DNA of 64,000 bases from Phoronis australis (taxonomy: Eukaryota; Animalia; Phoronida). Under the pieces are notes generated by a model that saw only the letters and a list, made by a program, of their open reading frames with translations, searched no databases and was not told where the DNA came from. Below are positions 1 to 12,737 of the stretch, piece by piece. The translations under genes and the position numbers were made by a program. The DNA lies in contig NMRA01000036.1 in NCBI GenBank assembly GCA_002633005.1, positions 1 through 64,000 of the forward strand, given 5' to 3'. Every line of letters starts with the position of its first letter. Position 1 is the first letter of the stretch.

Positions 1-1138
1 ACTCTGACCACTGGTTTTGCATTTGCCTGTAATTGCCAATGAATCTTTCACCTTGACACTGTCCTCCGCTTTTAACGCCCTGCATCAAAACCACTTGAAG
101 ATTCCCAAAAAAAAAGTTTGTTCAGACACACTCCACAGCTAACCCACAGTAACGATTTTTGAAGGAAAATGTGAAAATGATTTGTCGGCGGTGTGTTTTT
201 TTGTTTTTAGCCGTGCAAATAAAATTACTGAGCTTTGTAAAACCAGTGAAATTTGAATTTCGACTCTCGCAAAAGGTGTCCTTCCAAAACTATACTGCTA
301 TTTGTAGTAAGTATCCTAATTCCATGACTACGAGCACTTTTTAGAAATAAAGTAGTGTACCCTCAGTGCCTAGAAAATACGAAATTTGATGAATGATCAA
401 TTGATTCGCCGTTTGCTGGCCAACTATTAACAAATGTTCACTTTTTGTTGACGTTTGTCGCCATTACTCATCGTGGTGAAATGGCGTAACCACCAGTCAT
501 TTTTTACTTCAAATGACATGAAATCCGTTCGCGCCAGGAAATTTTTTGTCTTATTTTGTAGAACTAAAATAGCTCAACACACTGGTTGGCACTAAAATGT
601 TCTGAAACCTGTGCCATCTGAGAAATCGGGATACAAATTTAGCCAATTTTAGCAGTTTCAAAAATCACTAAAAGTACTCATCTTATACGGCTCTAAAATC
701 AGACAAAAAATTATCGAAATCTTTTAAATTTTCATGAATAAAGTAGTCGAAGGTCACACCTGATCAATAACACAGGTTCAATGTTTCAACGTTACGTCCA
801 CTGCGAAACGTAACTGTCGGAATTTTACTAAAACTTAACTGCCGCCAGGCTCAAAACTTGTCGGAAACAAATAGTATCCATGGAAACCAAAAGGGGGCGT
901 TTTGAAAAAATAAAGGTGGCCTGCAGTCAATGGGGCCAGTGTCATCTCACAGACAAAATAAGAGAATCTGTGACATAGCGTTTATCACCCTCTGCCTGGT
1001 CCATTCGCGAACATGCTCTTAACACAAGACTAAAATATATTATACATTCTCAATTTCCTTTTTCAAATTAGGATTGTTTTGTTAAGTAATTGAAGCAACC
1101 TAGACTATAATCTAGAACATTCCAATCACCACAGAGGA

Positions 1139-1832
1139 CAACAAGAGCAACATGGGGCATTGAAATGCACCACAAACAGTGTGCTTCTGGGGATGTTGAG
1201 TTGTACCATAAAAATGGCCACTAGATGGTGCTAAATAGGTAAAATCCAACCAAAACGATAATATGCTATTGTTTTTTTTAATAAAAAACTATTTACCGGA
1301 TTTCATAAAAATCTGTTGAGGAACTTTAGAGAAACCAAGGAAAGCGGAAAAAATGAAATAGCCTCTAGGGACCACAACATTTGTCATATCCGTCTGAAAG
1401 TTGTCGTCTGTAGTCAACTTCATATTAAAACACTTAGTGCTAAATTTAATAAGTATCCTGCAATGGGTTAAGAGGATACAGCAACAAAAATGTCACTAGG
1501 AGGCACCACAGTAGTCAAAGTCATTATCGCAACTGTCCTCATCACACTGAGAACACATATGCCAATTTTCACAATCGTCCTTAGAATGGTTTGGTTGATA
1601 GAGAACCTTTGAAGATACAGACTAGGTAAACAAAAAACTAAAATTGCCACTAGGGGACATACTGGTAGTTGGATCCATCCGAAAATTTGCTCATGCTGTC
1701 CCATTGATGAGTGGAACATACGTGAAAAACTAGGTTTTGAAGACAGAGCAGTGGACGCCGGACGAACGGATGGGCACACGGACAGGGATGACTGCATGAT
1801 GTATCCACATCTAAAATCATGTGCACATAACA
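1139..1832 (-). mobile_element. DINE-1/pearl-like non-autonomous element with GTCY microsatellite and ~145-bp internal subunits
   Basis: On the - strand: 5' CACAT..ATGTG hairpin, then ctgtccgtgtgcccatccgttcgtccggcgtcc, four subunits each with a CCNCTAGTGGC-like motif, ending CAATGC..CTCTTGTT; homologous to copies at ~34430 and 46322. Confidence 0.65.
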
Positions 1833-3360
1833 AAATCCTAATCCACTTGTCCATTTTAACTTTAATGTTTTGAATGAAAATCAGTATCATCGGCATTCGG
1901 CCTATATGAATTCACAAGAAATATTTCAAACTTTTAACTGCCAAAAAATTGCCAACCGAGTCCTTATGAATACATTCAACTTCATACTCAAAATTCTTGT
2001 TAAATAAAATGAACACATCCTAGAGTTTCCTGCTCCATGATGGAAATAACAATCTTACCCTCACTGAGTTTTCACTATGTTTCAATATCATTTTTAAAAT
2101 GCTCAATATAGTTAAGAACCCAAACCTCTGCAATTCATGGAGACAACAAAAATCATGGTGTTGTTTTAGGGACTGAAATTACCTACAAGTATGATATGCC
2201 AAAAGTGCCTGAGGCAAGAGAGACTACTAACCAGGTAAGAAAAAATAGACTGACAGCCTTAAAAAGACATTGAGAGAGTTCTTGGTTAACTGTACTTAGT
2301 GCATGTAGCTAACAAACATAGGAATAGTGTCCAAATTGCTGAGAGCATAAACTTCTCCCTCTATGACCAGTTTGTCTCTACTGATAGCAAGAGTTGGCAA
2401 ACCAACTGTTTACCTTTCTCATTATCTGTATTCATCTAATAACCTCACATAGTCTGGCAATTATTGTAAACAGGGCATCTGTCACTAACTGATATTTAAA
2501 AATACTACTTCCAAAAAAAGTTCAACAAATGTCATGAAGAAGATTTTGTGTAATAAATACTATCACCAAAAACCTTCAAATGGAGAAAAATGTTCGAATT
2601 TCAGAGAAAGAAAGCTCAATTTTCACCTGCAGATTGGCGAACCACTATCCCCATACCCTACCACAGCATTGTGTGGCGACACAATAGTTTGTCTAGTTGA
2701 TTTTAGATCAGATAATAATGTTGGAAATTTCTTGGTTCTAACAGTCCAGGGTAATGGTACATAACAAGGACACGGTTCTCTTTATATTCTTCGAAATGTG
2801 AGCGTTGGTAAAATGACGACATGCAGTAAAAATATGAGCAAATATATTTTCCAGTACGTCCATTGGGAAAACTAATTGCGTAAAGACATAAAAAACTATA
2901 GTCAAGCGCGCCTCGTAAATATTAGACTATTTACAATAAAGTTGAAGGGACACAAGTTCGGCAAAAGAAAATAAAGCCAACATTAGAGAATGGGCATTAT
3001 CATAAACTTCAAAATCTGATCAGTCTCTCAATAATTCAAGCTAGATTTCTCAAACGAGAGCTTCTAAGATCCTTAAATGTGACAAGTCACTATCAAAATA
3101 CAAAATAGAAGTTCTTTCTACTATTTGAGTACAAGTTTGTAAACGGTGAGCTTGACCAAAATAGTCCGTGATGGGGTTGCAAATGAAAACTTAACCTCCA
3201 TGGCATGGATCAAGTACTAGTGAGACCGGCACATCCTGATTTGCCATGAGTGGGATGTATACAAGCATCAGCAGATATCCAAAACTATAAATCACAATAG
3301 TCCTCACCAGGGGTCGCTGTACCTTGGTATTGATCTGCATCACTAGGTTTAAAGTTCTTN

Positions 3361-4959
3361 CCCATTATGACACTATAATTGTTTTGTTTGGAGATGTAGC
3401 ACATTAACTAAAATACTATGAATTAAAATCATTTAAATTACCATGCAAATGACTTCACATCATTTCCAAGACCTATTCTACAATTAACATGAACTTGATG
3501 AAAACGTTGATGTCTCTCTCACTGAAGACCGTGCGTTCACAAATGCCAAATAACATTACCAAATAACCATACCACTTACCAAATAACCATACCAAATAAC
3601 ATCATACCAAATAACATTACCAAATAACCATATCAAATACCACTACCAAATTACTTCTTATTCGCACCAAATACTGTATTCTCCTCAATCTTGAAATCAG
3701 TTTTAATTTTATTTTTTAAACAATGCAAGTATTAGTAATAATTTACCCTAGACTAGTACAAACAGTTCAATTCATACAAAATGCGAAAGAAAATGGCGGA
3801 CTGTGAACGATTTTTAGCCTTGCCAAACATCTTTGCGAACCAACTCTACACTATCAATAACGTCAGCAAGGTCGAGTACATAAGACTGGGACCTGCTGGG
3901 CAGTTTATGAGCCAAGCAATTACATCGCTTACTAAATGGCCAACCGAGGGGCTATGTCAGTAGNTCTTTGTCAAATGGTGATTGTGTTTAGTTTTATAAT
4001 CGCCAAAATCGCCCAAATGCGTGCAACCAAAGTTATGACACTCTGTTAATTCTTTCCAAATACACCAATTCACTCTGAATTTGACTGTGTTCACAGGTGG
4101 TCTGTAATAAGCCTGCTAGATAATTGGCCTTCTTGTTGTCGCAACAGACAAAAGAGTGTGCTTGGCCGCAGTTAACAAAGAAGCTAGATGTTATCACACG
4201 CTCAGAACCCCTACGTCTGGTAAAGTCAGAATGGGAAAACGCTGTCATGTTACATTACAGGGTACGTAATGCATTTCCCAACAGGCGCAACTATAAAATG
4301 CTTCTTTAAAGTTATCAGATGAGATTACAGGCATTTACTTGCACACCACTTAGACCCATTATGACACTATAATTGTTTTGTTTGGAGATGTAGCACATTA
4401 ACTAAAATATGAATTAAAATCATTTAATTTACCATGCAAATGACTTCACATCATTTCCAAGACCTATACTACAATTAACATGAACTTGATGTAAACTTTG
4501 ATGTCTCTCTCACGAGACCATGCGTTAACAAATGCCAAATAACATTACCAAATAACCATACCAAATAACCATACCAAATAACATTACCAAATAACCAAAC
4601 CAAATAACATCATACCAAATAACATTACCAAATAGCCATACCAAATAACATTACCAAATTACTTCTTATTCGCACCAAATACTGTATTCTCCTCTGTCTT
4701 GAAATCAGTTTTAATTTTAATTTTAAACAATGCAAGTATTTAGTAATTTACCCTAGACTAGTACAAACAGTTCAATTCATACAAAATGCGAAAGACAATG
4801 GCGGACTGTGAACGATTTTTAGCCTTGCCAAACATCTTTGCGAACCAACTCTACACTATCAATAACGTCAGCAAGGTCGAGTACATAAGTTATCTGGGAC
4901 CTGCTGGGCAGTTTATGAGCCAGGCAATTACATCGCTTAAATGGCCAACCGAGGGGCTA
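3361..4959. repeat. ~600-bp direct duplication (3361-~3954 and 4355-4959) containing a 13-bp ACCAAATAAC(C/A)(A/T)T array
   Basis: Near-identical copies, giving the twin ORFs at 3781 and 4786; the first copy is bounded by single n at 3360 and 3964. Confidence 0.9.
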
Positions 4960-6426
4960 CGTGTTGCCTATTTATGAGCTTGGCATCGCGATAGCCGAAA
5001 AGGACATTCATAGCTGAATTGCCAACAGGTTCTACGAAAAATGCACACTGATAATTCAACACACATGAACATATCCCTATGAAGCACCGAATTGTCTGTA
5101 CAACCGACCACAAACTATAACATTCTACATTTACAGCTCTTCCATCAGACATGCCGGTTTGTTTACGTAAAAGCGCTACCTGTTGATAATTCGACCACCC
5201 AATCAGAACCGCCGATGGCTTGCGTATCCTCTTTCTCCTAGTGGACAAGAAGGGAACCAGCGAGAGTGAGGTACATGGCCAGGTCATTATGAGTTCTGTT
5301 TCGCTAAGAGCCGCGGGCGGCCGGGTCCGCGGGGAAATCGTTGGGGTGATGAAAGATTCATAGAGATTGAAGTAGGCTCAGTGATTACTAAACGTTTTTT
5401 TCTTTGTAGTCTTTTAAGCGAATTACTGTATATATACGCGAGAAAACAGCATGAAATGTGTAGGGGAGCACTGAAATCAATGCGAAAAAGCGCAGGGCAG
5501 AGAAAACTATGAAAACAAAAAAACGGCACTCGGAGATGTTTAGGGTTGCTGGTCATGTTTCAGTGAAGTAAATGATGTCTGCGGCATGATCATGGAGATT
5601 TTGTCGTCGGACAGCATGCAATTCATACGATTACACCAATCATCCGATCGCAGATTATATTGTCGTGACATGATGTATTAAAACATTTTTGTCCGTTTAA
5701 GATTTTGCCCCGTGGCCTTTTGTCGACGTATTGGAAATCATNTGCATGAGAATATTTTGAACGTTTTTTGAGGGCAGTTGGTCAATGCAATTAAGATACT
5801 TACTAAAAACAAATTGAAATCATTCGCAGTATCAAAAATGTAACCTACTGCCATTTTTTCAGGATCTCAATCAAGTATTTTTAAAGAGAACTATCGTTTC
5901 AACTACACAGCGAAAACTAACAACGTCGCAAACGTTTAGCTGCCAATGTTGAATTGCGATTCTGAAGCGTTCGGGGTTCAAAAATGTCATCCGATCTTGA
6001 ATTGTTGCCGAATGAGTTGACAACATAACTTAATAATGGTGAGAAAAACCGCGAATTTATAAAAAGAACATAAAGAGTCCACATACAACCACACATTTAA
6101 AAACTCTCACTTGATTGAAATTTTTACTCAGCTTTATCCATCCTGGACTAACTTTTTATTTCTTTGCTCATCTAAATGGATAGATGTTGATGATCACACT
6201 CTAAACATCCGCCTTAATTTCACCGAATTGCGATCTGACCAGCTTAAGGCCAGCATGCCTTTTTAGTGTTTGCCTGATAACGGTTTCTAAAAAAATGTCA
6301 ACTTAACACCTGTAGTAAAATCAGTGTACTTACTCGGTGATGGATCCGCAGAAACTGTTGATGTAATCTATGAAAGGCATTCTCACTTCTTCAGGCACTC
6401 CACACACAATATATTTATAAATCTCG

Positions 6427-6540
6427 CTGTAGTAATAGTAGTAGTAGTAATGTTTAGTATATAGCAGTAGTAATCGCAGTAGTATATAGCAGTAGTAATC
6501 GCAGTAATATATAGCAGTAGTAATCGCAGTAGTAATAGCA
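6427..6540. repeat. TAG/TAA/CAG-based compound microsatellite
   Basis: (tag)n and repeated tatatagcagtagtaatcgcagt units. Confidence 0.85.
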
Positions 6541-6826
6541 GGTCTCTCTTGTCTCAATAGCAGTGGTTTTCTGGTTCGAATATTTGAATATTTGGCGGGA
6601 AATACCAAAGTCACGTGACAAAAGACTTAGCACACCCACTCCCCGTTGTTCTATTAGATGCATTCAATGGTCACGTGCTGCCAAACTCAGTTAGGCCACT
6701 TCCACCATAGTTACCTGTTGTCAAGTCCCCCTGAGTGCAAACCAAATATGGAGTGAGGTTCTCAGCAAGCATACCACACGAACAGCTTCCTTTCCCTACG
6801 TGGAGGAGGGGGAAGGGGGAAGGGGG

Positions 6827-6868
6827 NNNNNNNNNNNNNNNNNNNNNNNNNNNNNNNNNNNNNNNNNN
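6827..6868. other. Assembly gap inside a G-rich tract
   Basis: 42 N flanked by G runs. Confidence 0.99.
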
Positions 6869-9374
6869 GGGGGCGGAGTATAACAAAGAGGGGGGAAACG
6901 TTGGGTACGGGAAGGAAATGGTGGGCAAAGAAGTTCATTTAAATCGTGAAATATTTCAGATGTGAAACTTTTGAACAAAAATGGGTCTTGAGAACTCGCC
7001 GTCGGTGATAAATTTGCTCTATGCTTTAACTGAGCATTTTCTTAGCATTATTAACTGCCATCCCACGAGGTCGACTGTAGGGTCATCGCTTCAGATCTTG
7101 AAAAAATGCGCGTTCATACATCCTGGTGAGATATGTTCAAAAAGTTTTTTCTAATTATCAGGCCAGTATTTTTTAAGTTGGAGCGTCGTCAATATTTTGG
7201 CCCAAAATAGTTCATCTTTGGTTCAAATATGTTCAGTAAGTGATGTAGTTTTAAAACGGTTCAAATGGAAGGTAGTGAAAAAATGTTTTATATTTTTGCG
7301 AAAACTGGGCCTCTCTATCCGAAGACAGTTTGCCTTTTCAAACAGGTTTCCGTTAACCTTAGTTGGAACGCCAAAATGCGATAAACTATGCCAGTTTTTG
7401 TGTATAGCCATTTCGAGGTGCTTTGGGGACCAGTTTGTGGGATGCTAGTGATTTCAGATAATACTTCCTTATCAGTTTCTGCGTGACTATGTAGAAAAAA
7501 ATATAAAAAATTGGGTTTTGTGTTTGTTTTCAAGGAAGATACAATGGAAAAAATATACCATCTCGTATTTTACAATACTTGACTACGGACAGTCAACAGA
7601 GTGTAACTCGTGAACTCCATCAAGGGGCTTAGTACATTAGTTTTTGCAAATATATTTCTGTGGTTATAACAATGGCTGACGTCACATGAATTTTTTTGAT
7701 GTTTTGATTACTGCTGGCCCCTGTGGTTGCGCTTTCTATATTTTGATTTCTTTGGTGAAATTCCGTACATTTGGTCAAATAGTTTCTGTATCAAGGAAAC
7801 AGAGGCACATGCACGTTTTCGAATGATTCTAACCTGTGCTGTCCCACCATACATCTAAGTTGTGCACAAGGTTACATCACTCGTGTGATTTTGTATTGTT
7901 AAATGTTGTTTGCGGTAACACATGAATTTAGATCTTAACTAATAACTTCGGTGTTGGGTTTTAATTAAATTCATTTACATTGAGGGAATAAATATTTTTT
8001 AACATTGTTTTCTGACATAAACCACCTTAATTTTAGTTTTTGTGTTTTGTTTAGTAATTAATTTAAGGTTTTGAATCTTCCTCAGTGGCTCCCTGCATGA
8101 CGGTACTTACATATATAGCATTTACAGGATGCACAACTCCGATAGGTTTGTTTTTTTAAACATTTTACCTTTATCAGTACAAGATTCATAACATGGGTTT
8201 GTTTTCATGTTAATCGATGAACTGCACAGAAACAGTAAATAAAATGTACTTCCAAATCTTCCAATTCATTTATTAGGCTCTGCGTAAGATATTCATTCAA
8301 TGCTTGACAGCTTTACATCATCAAAATATTTTTTCTTTCAAAATTAAAACCGACTGCGGTATATACAATAAGCATCACCAAAAGCCCAAGTTTCACATAT
8401 CGCGACTGTATTTGAGTGTTTTAAGGCACGCACAGTTACAAAGTGCAGGTTATGACGTACTTTCTTTGCAATATTTGTTGAAACATACAAAACGCAATTT
8501 GTACTATGAGCTTAAAGGAGCATGCCACCCAAAAAACAACCTAAGTTGTATCAATTTAGATCGAGTACGGGAGTTGCGTCCATCCCAAATTAGCGTTTCT
8601 AAAATTTTCCTTGTCCGAAAGTGGCGGACAAAAATCCGACGTTCATGACATTGTCCGAAATTCGAGGATCATTGAAAAACAGTTTTTGGACCTTGTACGA
8701 ATTTCGTGGACTATGAAAAACTCATTTCGGAAATATTTATTCTTGGTCGAAAATGGCGGGCCGGCCGAAAATCGCGCGACTTTATCGTAGTTCTACTCCA
8801 TAACGACACGTACGGTTGCGTTACCTGATACCTGACGGCAGACGGAGGTGTTGAAATTATCCAATGACGTCATCGGCTTCACACGCAGTCTGTGCAGCAG
8901 TTCACAACACGGGTTACTGGTGTCAGCTTATCGCTTGAAGTCATCGTTTAACACCAATAAATCATCAAACTTCGATGTAAAACCCTTAAAAATACACCGA
9001 GTTCTTATAAAAACGTGTTGTTTTATTTCGCTCTTACGGATTTATAGGTATTTGGACACACCGTAGCCTACAAAGTTCGGCAGGCCAATAAGGTCCGTAG
9101 CAGGAGTTTGGGGTCTGTTCAGAGATACAGATCTGTGTTGTTCAGACTTGTAATTTTTGAGTTCTAAATACAAAATGCTTGTTAGCCTGACCAATGGCTC
9201 GTAGCACGATTAAAAATGAACTTAACTTTTCATCGAAAAACTTAAGTTTTTGGTCTGAAAAACTTAAGTTTTTGGCGAAAAGTTAAGTTTTTTGAAACAA
9301 GTTTTTAGTAAAAAACATAAGTCATCAAAACTTAAGTTTTTGAAAACTAAGTTTTCAGAACATATGTTTTCAAG

Positions 9375-9950
9375 GAATATAAATCGGTAAATAAAACAAC
9401 AAGAATGGATCAACGTATTGGATAGAACATAGGACAAACTCAACATAATCTACAAACTCGGTTTCGTAATCATAGATTTAACATAATACATAAAAACATT
9501 TCTGATACTATAGGTAATCATTTCAATTCCAAAAACCATAATATTCAAGATCTTTCTGTACAAATAATAGCAAAACTCCAACACCCCAGTACCCCTCACA
9601 GACTCAAAGAGAACAATATTGGATAGACAAACTTAATACAATAGAACCTCATGGATTGAACATAAAAACTTCTTAAAATATGTCATTGAATTTTTTACGC
9701 AAGAATGTATCATTTTCATTACACCATATCTCATATGTCAATTGTCATTTTGTGTTTGATTTTATTTTATTTCTGTTTTTGTTGATAAAGGAAGTTATTA
9801 CATCCGAAAATTTCAAATTTCAGTTGATCCATTCTTGTTGTTTTATTTACAGATTTATATTCTTCATTTCATGAAACAATAGTATCCTTGGGAGGATCTG
9901 GATAGCCTTATTTAGTTTCAGATATATTTTCTACGTTATTTTTCAAGGAA
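9375..9950 (+). mobile_element. 5'-truncated Penelope-like retroelement remnant with GIY-YIG fragment and inverted terminal segment
   Basis: 9429-9676 translates IGQTQHNLQTRFRNHRFNI...IGNHFNSKNHNIQDLSVQII...(frameshift)REQYWIDKLNTIEPHGLNIKTS*, typical of the C-terminal part of PLE GIY-YIG endonucleases. 9375-9414 is an inverted copy of 9823-9862 (40 bp, 1 mismatch). An 11-bp direct repeat TTTTCAAGGAA lies at 9367-9377 and 9940-9950. Confidence 0.88.
9778..9817 (+). ncRNA. Candidate minimal type I hammerhead ribozyme (U3/A8 core variant)
   Basis: TTTG-TTGATAA-A-GGAaGT tatt ACaTCC-GAA-AATT-T-CAAA: stem I TTTG/CAAA, stem II, GAA core and palindromic AATT in place of stem III. It lies just downstream of the GIY-YIG stop, where PLE hammerheads are found. 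Confidence 0.6.
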
Positions 9951-12008
9951 CAAACTTTTAAAAACTGAAGTTTTCTAAAAGCAATAAGTTTCAATACGAC
10001 AGGCATTCAAAAATTTTCACTGAAACAAGAGTGGAGTACAGTAACAAATTTAATGATTCTCACACAGGATTTAACAAAATAGAGTTCTATTAACATTTCA
10101 TTAACAGTGATTAATTGCAGAAAATAAAATGCACTTCCTAAAATACACTAGTTCCTTAAAATAAGCGAACATTAGTGAAATATCAAAATCTTGAAAACCA
10201 GAAACATTTCAAAAATCAGTTCAAGTGTCATGCATACAATGCAGTGAAAACTAAATGAGGCCAATAATATATTCATATTTGCATCGTTCTCAGTCTATGA
10301 CAATACCCGATAACTGAGTGAGCAAAATGGAATGTACAAACAGAGAAATCACTACCAAATCATGAAACACAACCAAAGAAAATGTGATTACATAGCCACA
10401 AAGGACTACAACAAAAGTCTACGTTTCAACAGCACATAATTTTTCAACTAAAATTACAGCAATAACATCATGAATAACAAATATTTTAATATGCAAAAGC
10501 CAAGAATACCCGCAGAGACAAGAGCATAACATAAAATGTAACAGGTAATTAAAAGTTTATCGACAATGGCCACAGATCTGATTTTGGGAAGTACAATCCT
10601 CATGCTAGAAATAGTGCCTAGAATCACCTATCATGGTTTTCAACCTTAAAAATATCAGTTTAAAAGTCGTTTTGTTGACAATCATAATAACAGTAAATCC
10701 AATAAACTCCATGGCGTGAACAAGTTTCACTAAAAGTAACCCTAAGTACAACCTGGTTATACGAGATGGAAATTAGAAAACGTAGACCTTTAAAAATATT
10801 CTTTTTTCTTTAATTTAAAGGTACTGAACTTCATACACATATCTATAGGGACTTTCATACTAACATCAAGGTGTCAATGTTTTTGGAAGTTACTGTCAGT
10901 ATGAACGCTTAAACTTTGGTCCTGGAAGGAATTTAAGTTATTGCCAGGGGCCACTGTTATCATTAACAATTGGATAGTAGTGTGATGGCTAATAGTTACT
11001 TATACCTTGCTCTAATCATCACCAATCAATTTAGAAATAAGTTTTATGTCAATTAACACATGTAAATGTTCCCAAATTGTCACATCTAAGCATGCAGTGC
11101 TACCTTGCGATCACGACAGCGTCGCCTACTGTTTACCTCGAAGTTCATTAACTACCGAAGCCAGAATGAACGGTCCAGTTAACTTCGCAGTATACGTAGG
11201 CGCTCCGCTCAGACTAGAGTTCCTAGCAAACAGAACATCAAAAGGCCATTATAGGGTAACCGGTAAAGGCCAGCCTAGGGTATTTAAAAAGAAGTAAGGG
11301 AGCATAAAATACAAGAATGTTGATAAAACACCAGCAAATAACTGTGGAAAGAACAAGCATCAATTTCAGTGATCAGCGAGCTGGAATACAGAACTGTCAT
11401 TATCACTTGATGCTAACTAATACTTGAAAATGCACCTGAATTAATTGTTCAAACATTTATGTCATTGAACATTTCTCCGATTCAGAACTTGACATCTTTA
11501 ATGCATCGTCTCCGCCTGATAAAAATATAGAGTCCTGATAGGTAGATTTTCAATCCAAAAATGCTACAATCTCTAGGTACAGTAGCAAGGTGAGTACATT
11601 GAAAAATCACGGAATTGCTTACACTCACTACAGTTTTATAGATTGGAGGACTGGAATTCAACTTTCGATGGCCAACAATAGCCAATTACACCGCCTTGTA
11701 ATGCTGCAGGCATACAACCATACAGGGGTCATAGAAAATCCCTATAAAGTCTATAAAGAGTTACTCCCCAGAGTTCAACAAAAATATCGGCCACTAGCAC
11801 TGCTATGTATTCATTGTATTGGGAACACCTTCATGACTATGTGTCGTGGGGTACACTACAACAAACTGGAATGTACACCACCATAAACACAAACACCCTT
11901 TGAGGATGAAGGAAAATATGCAAGAGTATTTTGCCAGTTACTAATATCCTATTCGGCCATGGAATGCATATACAAAGTGGAGCACCTTTCAATTATTCCG
12001 CAGATGGN

Positions 12009-12570
12009 CTGTGATCAATTTTATCCACTTTAATTGCGCAGATATTCACAATCAATATAAATGCTATACTTCTGCGTCATCAAGTTTAAAGGAAACTCCG
12101 CCAATATATAAGAAAGAGACTGAAATTCTTCACGTTATAACGGTTATTTGAAGTAGCCACCAAATTTCCACTTCTCGCAAGATTTGGGCCAATCACATGA
12201 AGGTGCTGAAGATGGTGCTCGACTCCAGTACGGTACACTTTTATAACTCGCAGATGGGCAAAATGGAGCACTTTGTAATCGTAATTCCAGAAACTAAAGA
12301 GCATGGAAATTTTCTTGAAACATTGAAGGCACTGTGATCAATTTTATCCATTTTAATTCCACAGATATACATAATTAATATAAATGCTATACTTCTGCGT
12401 CATCAAGTTTAAAGGAAACTCCGCCAAAATATAAGAAAGAGACAGAATGTCTTTACGTTATAATGATTATTTGATGTAACCTACGAATTTCCCCTTCTCG
12501 CAAGATTTTGGCCAATCACATGAAGGTGCTGAAGACGGTGCTCGACTCCAGTACTGTACACTTTTATACC
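12009..12570. repeat. ~322-bp diverged tandem duplication just upstream of the KATNIP start
   Basis: ctgtgatcaattttatcca...gtacacttttata begins at 12009 and again at 12331. Confidence 0.9.
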
Positions 12571-12730
12571 TCCATGCGCAGATAACGTTTCCGTCCCCCA
12601 TATTGAATTGTTGTTGGGGAAGCTTTCTGTAGGATGCTCATGAAAACAACTTGTTGCAGTGATTTCAGCGCATTTTATGCGTCATCTGATTGTCTTATTT
12701 GCCTTTAGCAGCACAGACACAGCATTTGAG

Positions 12731-12737
12731 ATGGATA
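12731..12737 (+). CDS. KATNIP: KATNIP coding exon 1 (ATG GAT A)
   Basis: gagATGG context followed by GTATGT donor; the phase-1 end joins exon 2 to give MDNSKGRRQW; vertebrate KATNIP also begins MD. Confidence 0.7.

Noticed and set aside
1468-1896. 142-aa minus-strand ORF
   Set aside because: It lies within the DINE-1/pearl-like repeat; SVCPSVRP is the translated GTCY microsatellite
3781-4977. Twin 60-63-aa ORFs (MRKKMADCERFLAL...)
   Set aside because: They result from the 600-bp duplication; no recognisable domain, and the copies differ by indels
6802-6895. G-rich tract with G-quadruplex potential
   Set aside because: Interrupted by an N gap and not tied to any defined feature
11219-11231. 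GTTCCTAGCAAAC as an RFX X-box (also gatgctcatgaaaac near 12633)
   Set aside because: Only partial matches to GTTNCYATRGNAAC; not supportable without a PWM scan
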